From positions 1 to 37,717 of the IMG/VR virus record IMGVR_UViG_3300007539_000060: 37,717 bases of DNA, one strand, 5' to 3'. Position numbers and translations under genes: made by a program. The notes under the pieces are model-generated. The model saw only the letters and a list, made by a program, of their open reading frames with translations. It did not search any database and was not told the DNA's origin. This document shows, piece by piece, positions 10,126 through 18,854 of the stretch. Positions within the stretch are counted from its first letter, which is position 1. Each line of letters starts with the position of its first letter. Source of the DNA: a virus. Its lineage: Duplodnaviria > Caudoviricetes.

Positions 10126-10450
10126 TTCTTATAGAATCTTCATCGTAGTGAGTAGTTGAAAATTCAAACATCTCACTTTCTTCCATAGCATACATCTGAT
10201 GCCTGAGACCCCTGGGGATATCAAACTTATCTCCAGGGTTTAATATTACTTCATCTGCAAGATCAATGTCATCTTCATATCCGTATGTTAGATGAATCTT
10301 ACCAGATTGAACATAGAAAGTTTCCTCTTTCAATTTATGATGATGCCAAGAGCACCTCTTTCCTTTATTGAAAAAGAGAATTTTCCCGCAATACTTATTG
10401 TTGTTGACGATCCACTTTTCGTATCCCCAACCTTTAGGTACATGTTTCAT
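10109..10450 (-). CDS. Cupin-fold protein (sugar isomerase-like)
   Basis: VPKGWGYEKWI, CSWHHHKLKEETFYV, IPRGLRHQM cupin metal motifs. Start moved to ATG 10450 (TAATG overlap with the upstream stop); the ORF track begins at 10486. Confidence 0.85.
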   Translation of the reverse strand: MKHVPKGWGYEKWIVNNNKYCGKILFFNKGKRCSWHHHKLKEETFYVQSGKIHLTYGYEDDIDLADEVILNPGDKFDIPRGLRHQMYAMEESEMFEFSTTHYDEDSIRITPGD

Positions 10451-10980
10451 TATACTAGAATTCCAAATGCTAAACTCATTCTCCACCCAGCATCTGGTGA
10501 TAATGCCTGGTGAACATATGTTGATGGGAAAGCTACAAACTTACCCTGTTTATATTTAAACGAATACTCAACTTTTTTGCCATCATATATTAGAGTGTCA
10601 CCCGTACTATCTGTAACATAGTATAGCACGGTCCACAGATTAGTGTCTTCTTCATCATCACAATGAATTCCCCCAGTCTGTCCAGGCAGTTGAGCATTCA
10701 ATGCAATTCTTCTGAGACCACGATACTCTTTCCCAATCATAGGAACCAAATTTGTGATAACAAAATTAGTAAGGTAATCTACCGATGCAGGAAGATTTTT
10801 CTGATGAAATTGTTCTCTAAATCCATCCCAGAAAAAAATTCTTCCGAAGAATGTTTCACCATCTTCAGAAGCTCTGTGTCCATACGACACTGGATATTCG
10901 GATAGTTCTTTACTAATCCAAGAAACAGTAAAAGGATCTAACAGTCCTTCAACTTCTACAATATCATCCAAAGAAATCAT
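10450..10980 (-). CDS. 2OG-Fe(II) oxygenase
   Basis: HCD...LYYVTDSTGDT...FPSTYVHQA...R (HxD...H triad plus R). Probable start MISLDD at 10980; the ORF track begins at 11043. Confidence 0.85.
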   Translation of the reverse strand: MISLDDIVEVEGLLDPFTVSWISKELSEYPVSYGHRASEDGETFFGRIFFWDGFREQFHQKNLPASVDYLTNFVITNLVPMIGKEYRGLRRIALNAQLPGQTGGIHCDDEEDTNLWTVLYYVTDSTGDTLIYDGKKVEYSFKYKQGKFVAFPSTYVHQALSPDAGWRMSLAFGILV

Positions 10981-11290
10981 TGGAGTATACTCCTTTATCA
11001 TCAATATAAAAATCTCCAGATGGTTTACCCATATGAAGTTCATGAAATTTGCATCCCCAATCTTTCAATTGGTTATATGTTAGTTCATAAAATTCTTTGT
11101 GTGCTAGGGCGCGAGAGTTTTTGTATCTCCCCATGCCCCTCGCAGTAAGGTATATGATCTGATGACCTTCATCATACAATCTATTTATTGCTTCAATACG
11201 ATCTTCAATTGGAACACTAGTTTCGTAGTCACCGTCAACTGGTTTATTGCAGATAGTTCCGTCGATGTCAATTACATATTTCAATGATAT
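10964..11290 (-). CDS. Small HAD-superfamily phosphatase (EcbF/BcbF-like; candidate GmhB substitute)
   Basis: DIDGT motif I, YLTARG motif II, GKP...YIDDK motifs III/IV. Exact start uncertain (11299, 11290 or slightly downstream). Confidence 0.85.
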   Translation of the reverse strand: MSLKYVIDIDGTICNKPVDGDYETSVPIEDRIEAINRLYDEGHQIIYLTARGMGRYKNSRALAHKEFYELTYNQLKDWGCKFHELHMGKPSGDFYIDDKGVYSNDFFG

Positions 11291-12053
11291 CATTTTCACT
11301 TAAAACATAGGTTCCAGAGTTTCTTACTGCTACAGCCGCGCATTTATTTGCATACGGAATTGCATCTTCTATTCTACCATGTTTCAAATAAAAATACACA
11401 AGTGCAGATAGGAATGTATCTCCAGCACCAGCAACATCAAATACAGGAACTTTCACACCAGGATAAGTTATTCCTCTGTATGTCGCACCTTCAGAACCTT
11501 TCGTTGTAATTAAATGTGGATGCACACCAGTAAGTTTTTTTGCTTCCAAATCATTCAACTTTAAAAAGCAATTTCTAGGAAGATGTGTCTTTTTACTATC
11601 AATAAATGTAGGACCATCAAACCATTCAACCAGATCAAATAACCTTTCTTCCGAAAGGAATCCTTTATTGTAATCAGAAATTACCAAAGCATCAAATTTT
11701 TCCGTTGGCAAGTCCCAACTAAATTCGTCAACTTCATCGTTCTGATCTAAACGCATGATTTGTTGGTTTGATTTAATATCAACATACCTAGTCTTTACTG
11801 GCATGTTTTGATTTGTCATGATGTATACTTCAACACCAAAGGATAAAAGATTATCTCTGACATTCCATGCCATCCCTCTAGTCTGTTGCACCCTTTGTTC
11901 AACTAGTACAGGAACTGGTGCCTCTGGACTTAACCTATCACAACTACAATAAACATATTTGTCTATACAAGAATCACCTATAAGGAGAACCTTGAATTGT
12001 TTTTGTGGTTGAATAGTCTCCGACTCTATCGAAAAACCGAACTGATTTGGCAT
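11268..12053 (-). CDS. PfkB-family kinase similar to the heptose-7-phosphate kinase domain of HldE (HldA-like)
   Basis: VLLIGDSCIDKY, RLSPEAPVPV, KTRY...QQIMRLD, ISDYNKG, VFDVAGAGDTF. Start uncertain because of an 80-nt overlap with the upstream gene. Confidence 0.9.
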   Translation of the reverse strand: MPNQFGFSIESETIQPQKQFKVLLIGDSCIDKYVYCSCDRLSPEAPVPVLVEQRVQQTRGMAWNVRDNLLSFGVEVYIMTNQNMPVKTRYVDIKSNQQIMRLDQNDEVDEFSWDLPTEKFDALVISDYNKGFLSEERLFDLVEWFDGPTFIDSKKTHLPRNCFLKLNDLEAKKLTGVHPHLITTKGSEGATYRGITYPGVKVPVFDVAGAGDTFLSALVYFYLKHGRIEDAIPYANKCAAVAVRNSGTYVLSENDIIEICN

Positions 12054-12372
12054 ACTGCGAACCTACAACTTCTTTATCTTTCCAGTCAGAACCGACAACC
12101 ATAATATCTGGTCGCACAAATTCTACCAGACTTTCCAACTCCTGTCTAGAGTTAAAACTCATTACAGTATCAACCGCAGATAAACAATGCAGTTGATAGA
12201 TTCTATCATCGAGACAATAGATTGGTCTATCTGGTCCCTTCATTTGACTAACCTTTTCATCACTGTCAACAGCAACGATTAACACATCACCTAAGGATTT
12301 TGCATAGTTCAATAGTTCAAAGTGTCCTCTATGCAAGACATCAAAACATCCATTAACAAAAACTTTAACCAT
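11974..12372 (-). CDS. Cytidylyltransferase-family nucleotidyltransferase similar to the adenylyltransferase domain of HldE (HldC-like)
   Basis: FVNGCFDVLHRGH (HxGH), SDEKVSQMKGPDRPI, VVGSDW, C-terminal YSTT. Confidence 0.9.
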   Translation of the reverse strand: MVKVFVNGCFDVLHRGHFELLNYAKSLGDVLIVAVDSDEKVSQMKGPDRPIYCLDDRIYQLHCLSAVDTVMSFNSRQELESLVEFVRPDIMVVGSDWKDKEVVGSQYAKSVRFFDRVGDYSTTKTIQGSPYR

Positions 12373-13000
12373 GATATTTTTGGTAAGGAGTTCCGTGCAT
12401 CTGATTTGGGTGTTGTGCTTGTTTTAAATGCGGTGCATCAATATCAGCACAAACAAATGCAGTAAACACATGCTTGCCACTACTGATAGGTTTATTCCCT
12501 TTATGTGGATATAGATGATTACAAGGGAACATTAACAATTTACCTTTTTCTGGTTTCACCTTATAATCCAACTGAGTAAATTCTGTTTCACCACCAACTT
12601 CAACGTCATCAAGATAAATGATGATTGCATATAATCTAGAAAGTAGAAGTGGGTCCAAAGGAGACACATCGATGTGCTCGTTAAACCACCCATCATTTTT
12701 TACATAACATCTAAGAGAATAGTCATAAGAAACAAGAGGTCCACGCCACAGTAATTCAGATCTCTTGTAGTATTGGTCAATAGATCTATCGACCTCAACT
12801 GAAAGTTGACACCACAAATCACTACCAACTTCAGGATGCCATTGAGTTGCTTTTTTATGAGTATAATCTACTTCTCCATCTCCAACTCCACCATCATGAT
12901 GCTTGCTGGTATTGTTCCAGAACATAGTAGTAAACTTATCACAATCTTCTTCCGATAAGAAGTTGGGAAGTTCCAGAATCAAATCTTTTAGTTTAGTCAT
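12365..13000 (-). CDS. 2OG-Fe(II) oxygenase (prolyl-4-hydroxylase-like)
   Basis: EHID...IIYLDDVEVGGETEF...KGKLLMFP...PHKG...K. Confidence 0.88.
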   Translation of the reverse strand: MTKLKDLILELPNFLSEEDCDKFTTMFWNNTSKHHDGGVGDGEVDYTHKKATQWHPEVGSDLWCQLSVEVDRSIDQYYKRSELLWRGPLVSYDYSLRCYVKNDGWFNEHIDVSPLDPLLLSRLYAIIIYLDDVEVGGETEFTQLDYKVKPEKGKLLMFPCNHLYPHKGNKPISSGKHVFTAFVCADIDAPHLKQAQHPNQMHGTPYQKYHG

Positions 13001-14639
13001 TTGGGAAACTCAATAGTTTGTTTTCTTCGGGTAGATACAGATACTCAATCAAACTCTCTTTCATAGTCTTGATAGCATCTTCCATTGTTTCAACAATGGT
13101 ATCTCCCGCAAGATTAAATGATGTGTTGAATAAGATTGGAACCCCAGTAAGTTTATTGAACTCACTGATTAATTTATAGTAGTTTGGATTTTGCTTTTCT
13201 GTGACAGTTTGAATTCTGCATGTTTGATCGACATGTAGGATTCCAGGAATTTTATCCCAGACACTTTCATGAGCATCCATAGCATACATCATAAAAGGAG
13301 ACTCTTCTAGACGATCGAGATCGAACCACTCCCGTGCATATTCTAACATAACTGTTCCAGCAAATGGTCTCCAATGTTCTCTTTTTTTAACGGTGTTGAC
13401 AATTTGCTTGGCATTTTTATTCCTAGGATCAAATAAAATAGAACGATTTCCAAGTGCTCTTGGTCCATTCTCAGAACGACCTTGTGCAATAGCAACTATA
13501 TTGCCAGCAGCAATTAACTTGGCAACATCTTCTGCCGATACCTCTTTCTCATTTTCATATCTCGATTCATACTTTAATGGTTGTCCATAATAAATGTTAT
13601 CAATTTTTTTGATAGGTTTCCTTTCAAACCTACGAGAAGCTTCTTTTTCATAAGCAATATATGCTGCACCCAAAGCAACTCCAGAATCACTAGAAATTGG
13701 TTCAACATATAGATTAATATGTGCTGGCAATTTTTTCAGTATCTTATAATTTGCTACACAATTTAAAGCACATCCACCAGTATAAACAATATTGTTTGAT
13801 CCAGTCAGTTCATGTGCAAGCATGATTCGATTATAGACATAATCTTCAAATTCAGATTGAACCGCATATGCTAGATCTGCTTGTTTCTGAAACTTATCTT
13901 TTTCATCCTTAAAATGAGACATATACGAATAAGGTATCATCATCGCCTTAACATTTTTATGCTCATTAAAATCTGCTAATCCAAATCGAGTATCGTCTCC
14001 ACCATTCAGATGTAGCATTGGTTTAATATCTTTATTTGGTTTGCCATAAGTAGACAACCCCATAGTTTTTCCACACTCAAGACCATCCCATCCTAGTGCT
14101 TCTGTTATAGAAGAATAGACATATCCAGCACCAATGGACTTAAACTCATCAACATATGATGGAGCTTCTTTTGTTTTTATTTCTGGATATCCAACAATGC
14201 CCTGTTTAACACAAGTTGCATCTAATGCAGATCCTTTAATATAAAAAATACTTTCATTCTCCTTGCCATAAGTATAATCACTACCAGCACCATCTATGAC
14301 TAAGACTGCTGCATCTTGGAATCCTGAGTGATGGTATCCACAAACGGCATGAAGCGAGTGGTGGTAGTCTTTCGCTTCAACATACCGCTTGACATGGATC
14401 CCGATCTTCTTTAAATATTTAAAGTATGGTCCAAAATCATTCTTGGTGTTATACAAATGAGTATAAGCACAGATATCAATTTCCTTGGTGAAACTAGGAA
14501 CTAAGTCCAACGCATTTAGACACTCTCTATCAAACTTGACATGAGTTAGTCTTTCTTCCTGAATAGAAAGAACGACTTCATTATCTTTTAACAGAGCAAT
14601 ACCACCATCGTGCGATCTATTTACACCAAGGATCCACAT
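12993..14639 (-). CDS. Carbamoyltransferase (NodU/CmcH/TobZ family), 548 aa
   Basis: HDGG, EERL, HHSLHA, DGAG, GKTMGL, GGCALNCVAN, GPRALGNRSIL, REHWRPFA, HVDQTCRIQTV, NTSFN. Confidence 0.95.
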   Translation of the reverse strand: MWILGVNRSHDGGIALLKDNEVVLSIQEERLTHVKFDRECLNALDLVPSFTKEIDICAYTHLYNTKNDFGPYFKYLKKIGIHVKRYVEAKDYHHSLHAVCGYHHSGFQDAAVLVIDGAGSDYTYGKENESIFYIKGSALDATCVKQGIVGYPEIKTKEAPSYVDEFKSIGAGYVYSSITEALGWDGLECGKTMGLSTYGKPNKDIKPMLHLNGGDDTRFGLADFNEHKNVKAMMIPYSYMSHFKDEKDKFQKQADLAYAVQSEFEDYVYNRIMLAHELTGSNNIVYTGGCALNCVANYKILKKLPAHINLYVEPISSDSGVALGAAYIAYEKEASRRFERKPIKKIDNIYYGQPLKYESRYENEKEVSAEDVAKLIAAGNIVAIAQGRSENGPRALGNRSILFDPRNKNAKQIVNTVKKREHWRPFAGTVMLEYAREWFDLDRLEESPFMMYAMDAHESVWDKIPGILHVDQTCRIQTVTEKQNPNYYKLISEFNKLTGVPILFNTSFNLAGDTIVETMEDAIKTMKESLIEYLYLPEENKLLSFPND

Positions 14640-14641
14640 AA

Positions 14642-15283
14642 TTATACAGGAGCAAAATTGATATTTAAAACCATTCGTTCGGGAGTGCTCTCAGGATAAG
14701 AGCTAGCATGATATCTTCTACCATCAAACAATACCAGTTTACCTTGTTTAGGTTTAACTGACTTGGCAACAGTAAAGAGACTGGGGTCATAACCATTAAT
14801 GAATCTCTTAATATTAGGATCTAGAAATTCATTAAAGAAAAAAGTATCACCATCACTATCATTCAAATAATAAATTGCCGTGTATTTCAATCCATCATTC
14901 TGATAATCCACATGTGGAACATGATAGGGTTGTTTATTCTTATTCAATGTAAAGAGACCCAATCTCAATTGAATAAGATCCTTGATAGTCATATTAATTT
15001 TTTCTTCCATTGAATATAGAAGAGGAACGAAGATATCATAAAAATCAGATTCTTTCCCATCTCTACCCCAAAGGATGTGCATGAACCCAGTGAAGGAAGA
15101 ATCCTCCACCTCAAGGGTGGAGTCATTCAAATGATTCTCTTTCCAGAACCACAATGGTGATGTGATATCACGATTGAAGTACCAAGGAAATTTAGAATCT
15201 AATACAGTTTCTTTTAAGTGTTGTTGATATCGTGGAGGTATGAAATCTTCAATCTCCACGATGTCTTCAAAAAAATCAGTCAT
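14642..15283 (-). CDS. 2OG-Fe(II) oxygenase
   Basis: PHVD...IYYLNDSDGDT...GKLVLFDGRRYHAS...R. Confidence 0.87.
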   Translation of the reverse strand: MTDFFEDIVEIEDFIPPRYQQHLKETVLDSKFPWYFNRDITSPLWFWKENHLNDSTLEVEDSSFTGFMHILWGRDGKESDFYDIFVPLLYSMEEKINMTIKDLIQLRLGLFTLNKNKQPYHVPHVDYQNDGLKYTAIYYLNDSDGDTFFFNEFLDPNIKRFINGYDPSLFTVAKSVKPKQGKLVLFDGRRYHASSYPESTPERMVLNINFAPV

Positions 15284-16973
15284 TTGGAACTTTCACCAAC
15301 TTCTGGATCTCTGGAAGATACATGTATTCGATATCACTCTTATTCAGAGTGTCAATTGCATCCTCGATTGTCTCGACCAGCGGGTCTCCACCAAGATTAA
15401 AAGAAGTGTTAAACAAAATAGGTACACCCGCAATCTTATCGAATGCATCAATGAGATTGTAGTAGTGTTCATTTTGCTCCTTAGTTACAGTTTGGATACG
15501 GCAGGTGTTGTCTACATGAATAACGGAAGGAATCTTTTCTTCCACACCATCCTGACACTTGACTGCATACATCATGTGAGGTGTTTCCTCACGACCTGCT
15601 AGGTCAAACCAGTCATGAACATTCTCTGCCTTGATAGAGCAAGCAAATGGACGGAACCACTCACGATGCTTTACTCCATTAACAATGTCTTTACCATCTT
15701 TAATGGTGGGATCAAACAAGATAGAACGATTACCCAAAGCACGAGGACCACCCTCAGAACGACCCTGATAAATGGTAACAATATTTCCTTCACGAATCAA
15801 TCCTGCGACCTCTTCATAAGAAGTATCAGTAACATCCAGACCCTCTAGATCTGCTTCATATCCAGCAGTATCATACTGAGGACCATAGTAAACAGATGCT
15901 TGTTTACGAACTTCTTCTGCCTCAGTAGTCTTATGGTGGATATAGTTTGCTCCACCAATAGATGTGCCACCGTCATGCGAGATTGGTTCGCAGTAGATGT
16001 TCAGGTCAGGGAAACGCTGCCAATACTTATAGTTGGCAACACAGTTCAAACCATATCCACCACAGATAACAATGTTCTTCTCACCAGTCAGTTCAACTGC
16101 TTTTTCAATCAACTGACACATACGCTCAGAAGTTTCCTCCTGAATTTTGTATGCCATGTCTTTCTGGATATCTGTATACTGAGGGAAGGTTCCACCACGA
16201 ATATGCTCACGAGCATCTTGCTTGAGGATAGGATATCTCTCAGTGTTGATTGCTGCTGCATTAGGATAGGTAGGAACAACCAGATCACGATTTCCCCACT
16301 CACCATTGAAGAAGGAAGGAAGTTCATCATTTGGTTTGCCGTATGGAGCAAGACCCATAAGCTTGCCTGCCTCAATGGCAGGGAATCCACAGTATTGAGT
16401 TACTGCTTCATACATCTTGGTATGACCAGGGTACTCAGTCACAAAGTGATTAGGTTCTGGTTCATGGAATCCAATAGAAGCTTTAGTTCCAATGTGCTTC
16501 CAAACAGTATCAAAATCGTCTGGATAACCAGCTTGGAAAATAGTCTCGAACTCATACAGAGTATCTGGAACTTGATCCATGCGAAGGAAACTGCCAGCAC
16601 CATCAGCAATAACACATGCTGCAGTTTCAAAACCAGAGTTGTAGAAACCACATGCTGCGTGCATCTCGTGGTGGGTGGTATCAATGTAGTGAGTTTGGAA
16701 CTCCCACTTCTTCCTGGCAATTTTGCGAACAAACCCTTCATACATGTCATCACCAGTCCAATCAAGTCTAGGACCGTCTCTATGGGTGTGACAGACCACC
16801 AAATGATCAATACGATCAACATACTCAAATGCTTTCTTGATACCCATCAAAGGGGATCCATCGTACTTAAATCTAGAAAGTCTCTCTTCTTCAAGATAGA
16901 AAATAATTTCCCCATCAACCATCAAAGTTGTACTACCGTTGTGACCACGGGCTACTGCAAGAATCGTACTCAT
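15276..16973 (-). CDS. Carbamoyltransferase (NodU/CmcH/TobZ family), 565 aa
   Basis: EEERLSR, HHEMHA, DGAG, GKLMGLAPYG, GGYGLNCVAN, GPRALGNRSIL, REWFRPFA, HVDNTCRIQTV, NTSFN. Confidence 0.95.
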   Translation of the reverse strand: MSTILAVARGHNGSTTLMVDGEIIFYLEEERLSRFKYDGSPLMGIKKAFEYVDRIDHLVVCHTHRDGPRLDWTGDDMYEGFVRKIARKKWEFQTHYIDTTHHEMHAACGFYNSGFETAACVIADGAGSFLRMDQVPDTLYEFETIFQAGYPDDFDTVWKHIGTKASIGFHEPEPNHFVTEYPGHTKMYEAVTQYCGFPAIEAGKLMGLAPYGKPNDELPSFFNGEWGNRDLVVPTYPNAAAINTERYPILKQDAREHIRGGTFPQYTDIQKDMAYKIQEETSERMCQLIEKAVELTGEKNIVICGGYGLNCVANYKYWQRFPDLNIYCEPISHDGGTSIGGANYIHHKTTEAEEVRKQASVYYGPQYDTAGYEADLEGLDVTDTSYEEVAGLIREGNIVTIYQGRSEGGPRALGNRSILFDPTIKDGKDIVNGVKHREWFRPFACSIKAENVHDWFDLAGREETPHMMYAVKCQDGVEEKIPSVIHVDNTCRIQTVTKEQNEHYYNLIDAFDKIAGVPILFNTSFNLGGDPLVETIEDAIDTLNKSDIEYMYLPEIQKLVKVPND

Positions 16974-16981
16974 AATTTACC

Positions 16982-18139
16982 TCACTTAGTGTTCTTAAAA
17001 CCAGCAACACTCTTCAGTGGTTCTGGGGTGACTCCCGATTCACTCATCAATGCAGGAATCAAATTTGGATTGTTAGATTTTTTACCGTTACCATTCAAGG
17101 ATGGTGTGGGCATATTCTTTTGCATCTCTGCCATCTGTTCAGGAGATGGACCCAAAGGTTGCATCATACCTTCTGGAAGTTTAACTTCAAAAGATGGTTT
17201 CTTATAGTATTTGTTCATGTAAACATCAACTTCTTTAAGAATGGCATCTTCTACCTTGTCATTCATACCCATAATACGATCATTGTTTCTGTTCGTATAT
17301 TCATCGATGGAAATACGAATAGGATCATATACTCTGAGATCTCCACCCATATCCATAATGGAGAAAGATTCCTCATTTGGATAACTGATGTTCTCACCAA
17401 ATGTAGATCCAGTGACAACAATCGCAGGCTTCTCAAAAGAATATGCAATATGTTGACCAACGCTATCACATCCGATGAATAAATCTGCTGCTTTGATTGC
17501 ACCAGCAAGATTCCTCAAAGGCATATTCTTAGGATGCGAAACTGTTTCAGTAAACCCTTCCTTTTCAAAATCAATCTCAAGTTCGGAAAGAAGAACAACA
17601 GAATATTTTTTCTGTAGTTTCTTGATAATGCTAACTGTATTGCTATACTCAAAACTTCTACCAGAAGGATCCATGATAATGTTGCCAGCCGTAGTCACTC
17701 CGCGACCAAATGGTTGGAACACAACTGTTTTCTTTTTTCCAGTACGCTGTCTAACCTCTTCGACAATAAAGAGTCCATTGACTTCTTCATCACGAGAAAG
17801 TTTAATCTTAGGTCTGGGTAGATCACGAATGCCTTTACCGTTGATCTCAATATCAAACGCTTGAGATAGGTTGCACTTTTGATTGTAATATTCCCAAACC
17901 CTATAGGGTTCTGGAGTAACGATGTCTGTGTGCTTAATCTTATCTTGGAACAATCCTTTGTGCCAATGGTCAAACACTTTATCATAAAGCGTTGGGTGAC
18001 CTTTGAAAAAATCAGTTCCACCTTCACAGACAATTACAAAATCTTCGTCTGGATGATCTTCTTGGTATTTTTCAAGTGCAGGGATGGAGCAGATTACACG
18101 GCCAGCTCCACCGTTAATGAAAAATGATTTGGGTCTCAT
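16982..18139 (-). CDS. GT-B glycosyltransferase, GT9 (ADP-heptose heptosyltransferase)-like
   Basis: N-terminal GGAGRVICSIPAL resembles GT9 GDxxxxxPal. LAGAIKAADLFIGCDSVGQHIAYSFEKPAIVV matches the GT9 'laalixxadlfignDSGpmHlAaa' signature. Confidence 0.8.
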   Translation of the reverse strand: MRPKSFFINGGAGRVICSIPALEKYQEDHPDEDFVIVCEGGTDFFKGHPTLYDKVFDHWHKGLFQDKIKHTDIVTPEPYRVWEYYNQKCNLSQAFDIEINGKGIRDLPRPKIKLSRDEEVNGLFIVEEVRQRTGKKKTVVFQPFGRGVTTAGNIIMDPSGRSFEYSNTVSIIKKLQKKYSVVLLSELEIDFEKEGFTETVSHPKNMPLRNLAGAIKAADLFIGCDSVGQHIAYSFEKPAIVVTGSTFGENISYPNEESFSIMDMGGDLRVYDPIRISIDEYTNRNNDRIMGMNDKVEDAILKEVDVYMNKYYKKPSFEVKLPEGMMQPLGPSPEQMAEMQKNMPTPSLNGNGKKSNNPNLIPALMSESGVTPEPLKSVAGFKNTK

Positions 18140-18190
18140 AATAGATTCGTTTCAAACAGAATAATATAGAATTCTTTGAATTCGTACAAA

Positions 18191-18197
18191 TATTTAG
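18191..18197 (-). promoter_or_regulatory. Late promoter variant CTAAATA heading the enzyme operon
   Basis: tatttag on the + strand in the intergenic gap, ~50 nt upstream of the glycosyltransferase ATG. Confidence 0.6.
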
Positions 18198-18215
18198 GCA
18201 AGTAAAAAGGGGCGG

Positions 18216-18800
18216 TTATACACACCATCCAACCCAGGAATATCTTATTCCATTAGTAACTTTAGTTACTTCATGGGGAAAAAGAAATACAGATGGAAAT
18301 GCTACCACATCTCCCTTTTTTAAATTAACTGTATATTCATTCCAAAACTTTAGCTCTCCTCCTTCATAATCATCATTCAAAACACCAATAATACTAGTGA
18401 TTGGAATTCCTTTTAAATTTCCATCAAACATATTGTGAATGTGGTCGTGATGGGGAATGATACTGTCCCCCACAGAATACTTGTTAAATTTTATATTTGA
18501 AACAATCGACCAAAGAATATCAGAATTTGTGTTTTCTTTTACAAAGTATTTTTTGTTATACTCTAAACAAAGATCTCTAATCAATGGATATATTGTTGCA
18601 GCACACTTAGCGTCAACTACGGTTTTAAAATCAGATTTTGTGATTGCTTCTTTTTCTGCGGCATCATACCAACTATGATCTTTCCATCTTTTTTTGTTTA
18701 GACGCTCAATTAAGTTATCGCACAAATCATGCGACAATAGATTATAAACAAAAATATAGTCACGAAGATCAGAATATTTAAGACTCACAATATACACCAT
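18216..18800 (-). CDS. 2OG-Fe(II) oxygenase (prolyl-4-hydroxylase-like)
   Basis: PHHD...GVLNDDYEGGELKF...GDVVAFPSVFLFPHEVTKVTNGIRYS; visibly AT-rich. Confidence 0.9.
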   Translation of the reverse strand: MVYIVSLKYSDLRDYIFVYNLLSHDLCDNLIERLNKKRWKDHSWYDAAEKEAITKSDFKTVVDAKCAATIYPLIRDLCLEYNKKYFVKENTNSDILWSIVSNIKFNKYSVGDSIIPHHDHIHNMFDGNLKGIPITSIIGVLNDDYEGGELKFWNEYTVNLKKGDVVAFPSVFLFPHEVTKVTNGIRYSWVGWCV

Positions 18801-18801
18801 T

Positions 18802-18830
18802 AAAAAAGGAGAGCTTGTTGCCCTCCTTTA
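18802..18830 (-). terminator. Rho-independent terminator
   Basis: Minus strand GGAGGGC-AACAA-GCTCTCC (7-bp stem with one G-U pair) followed by TTTTTT. Confidence 0.75.
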
Positions 18831-18854
18831 TTTTAGCACATTTTTAGAAAATTA

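Noticed and set aside
15900-17207. 435-aa plus-strand ORF
   Set aside because: It is antisense to a well-conserved carbamoyltransferase and the GT tail and has no recognisable motifs; explained as a codon-bias shadow
18204-18230. Terminator after the 194-aa oxygenase
   Set aside because: A T-tract is present but the stem has a mismatch and is weak, so it is not listed as a feature
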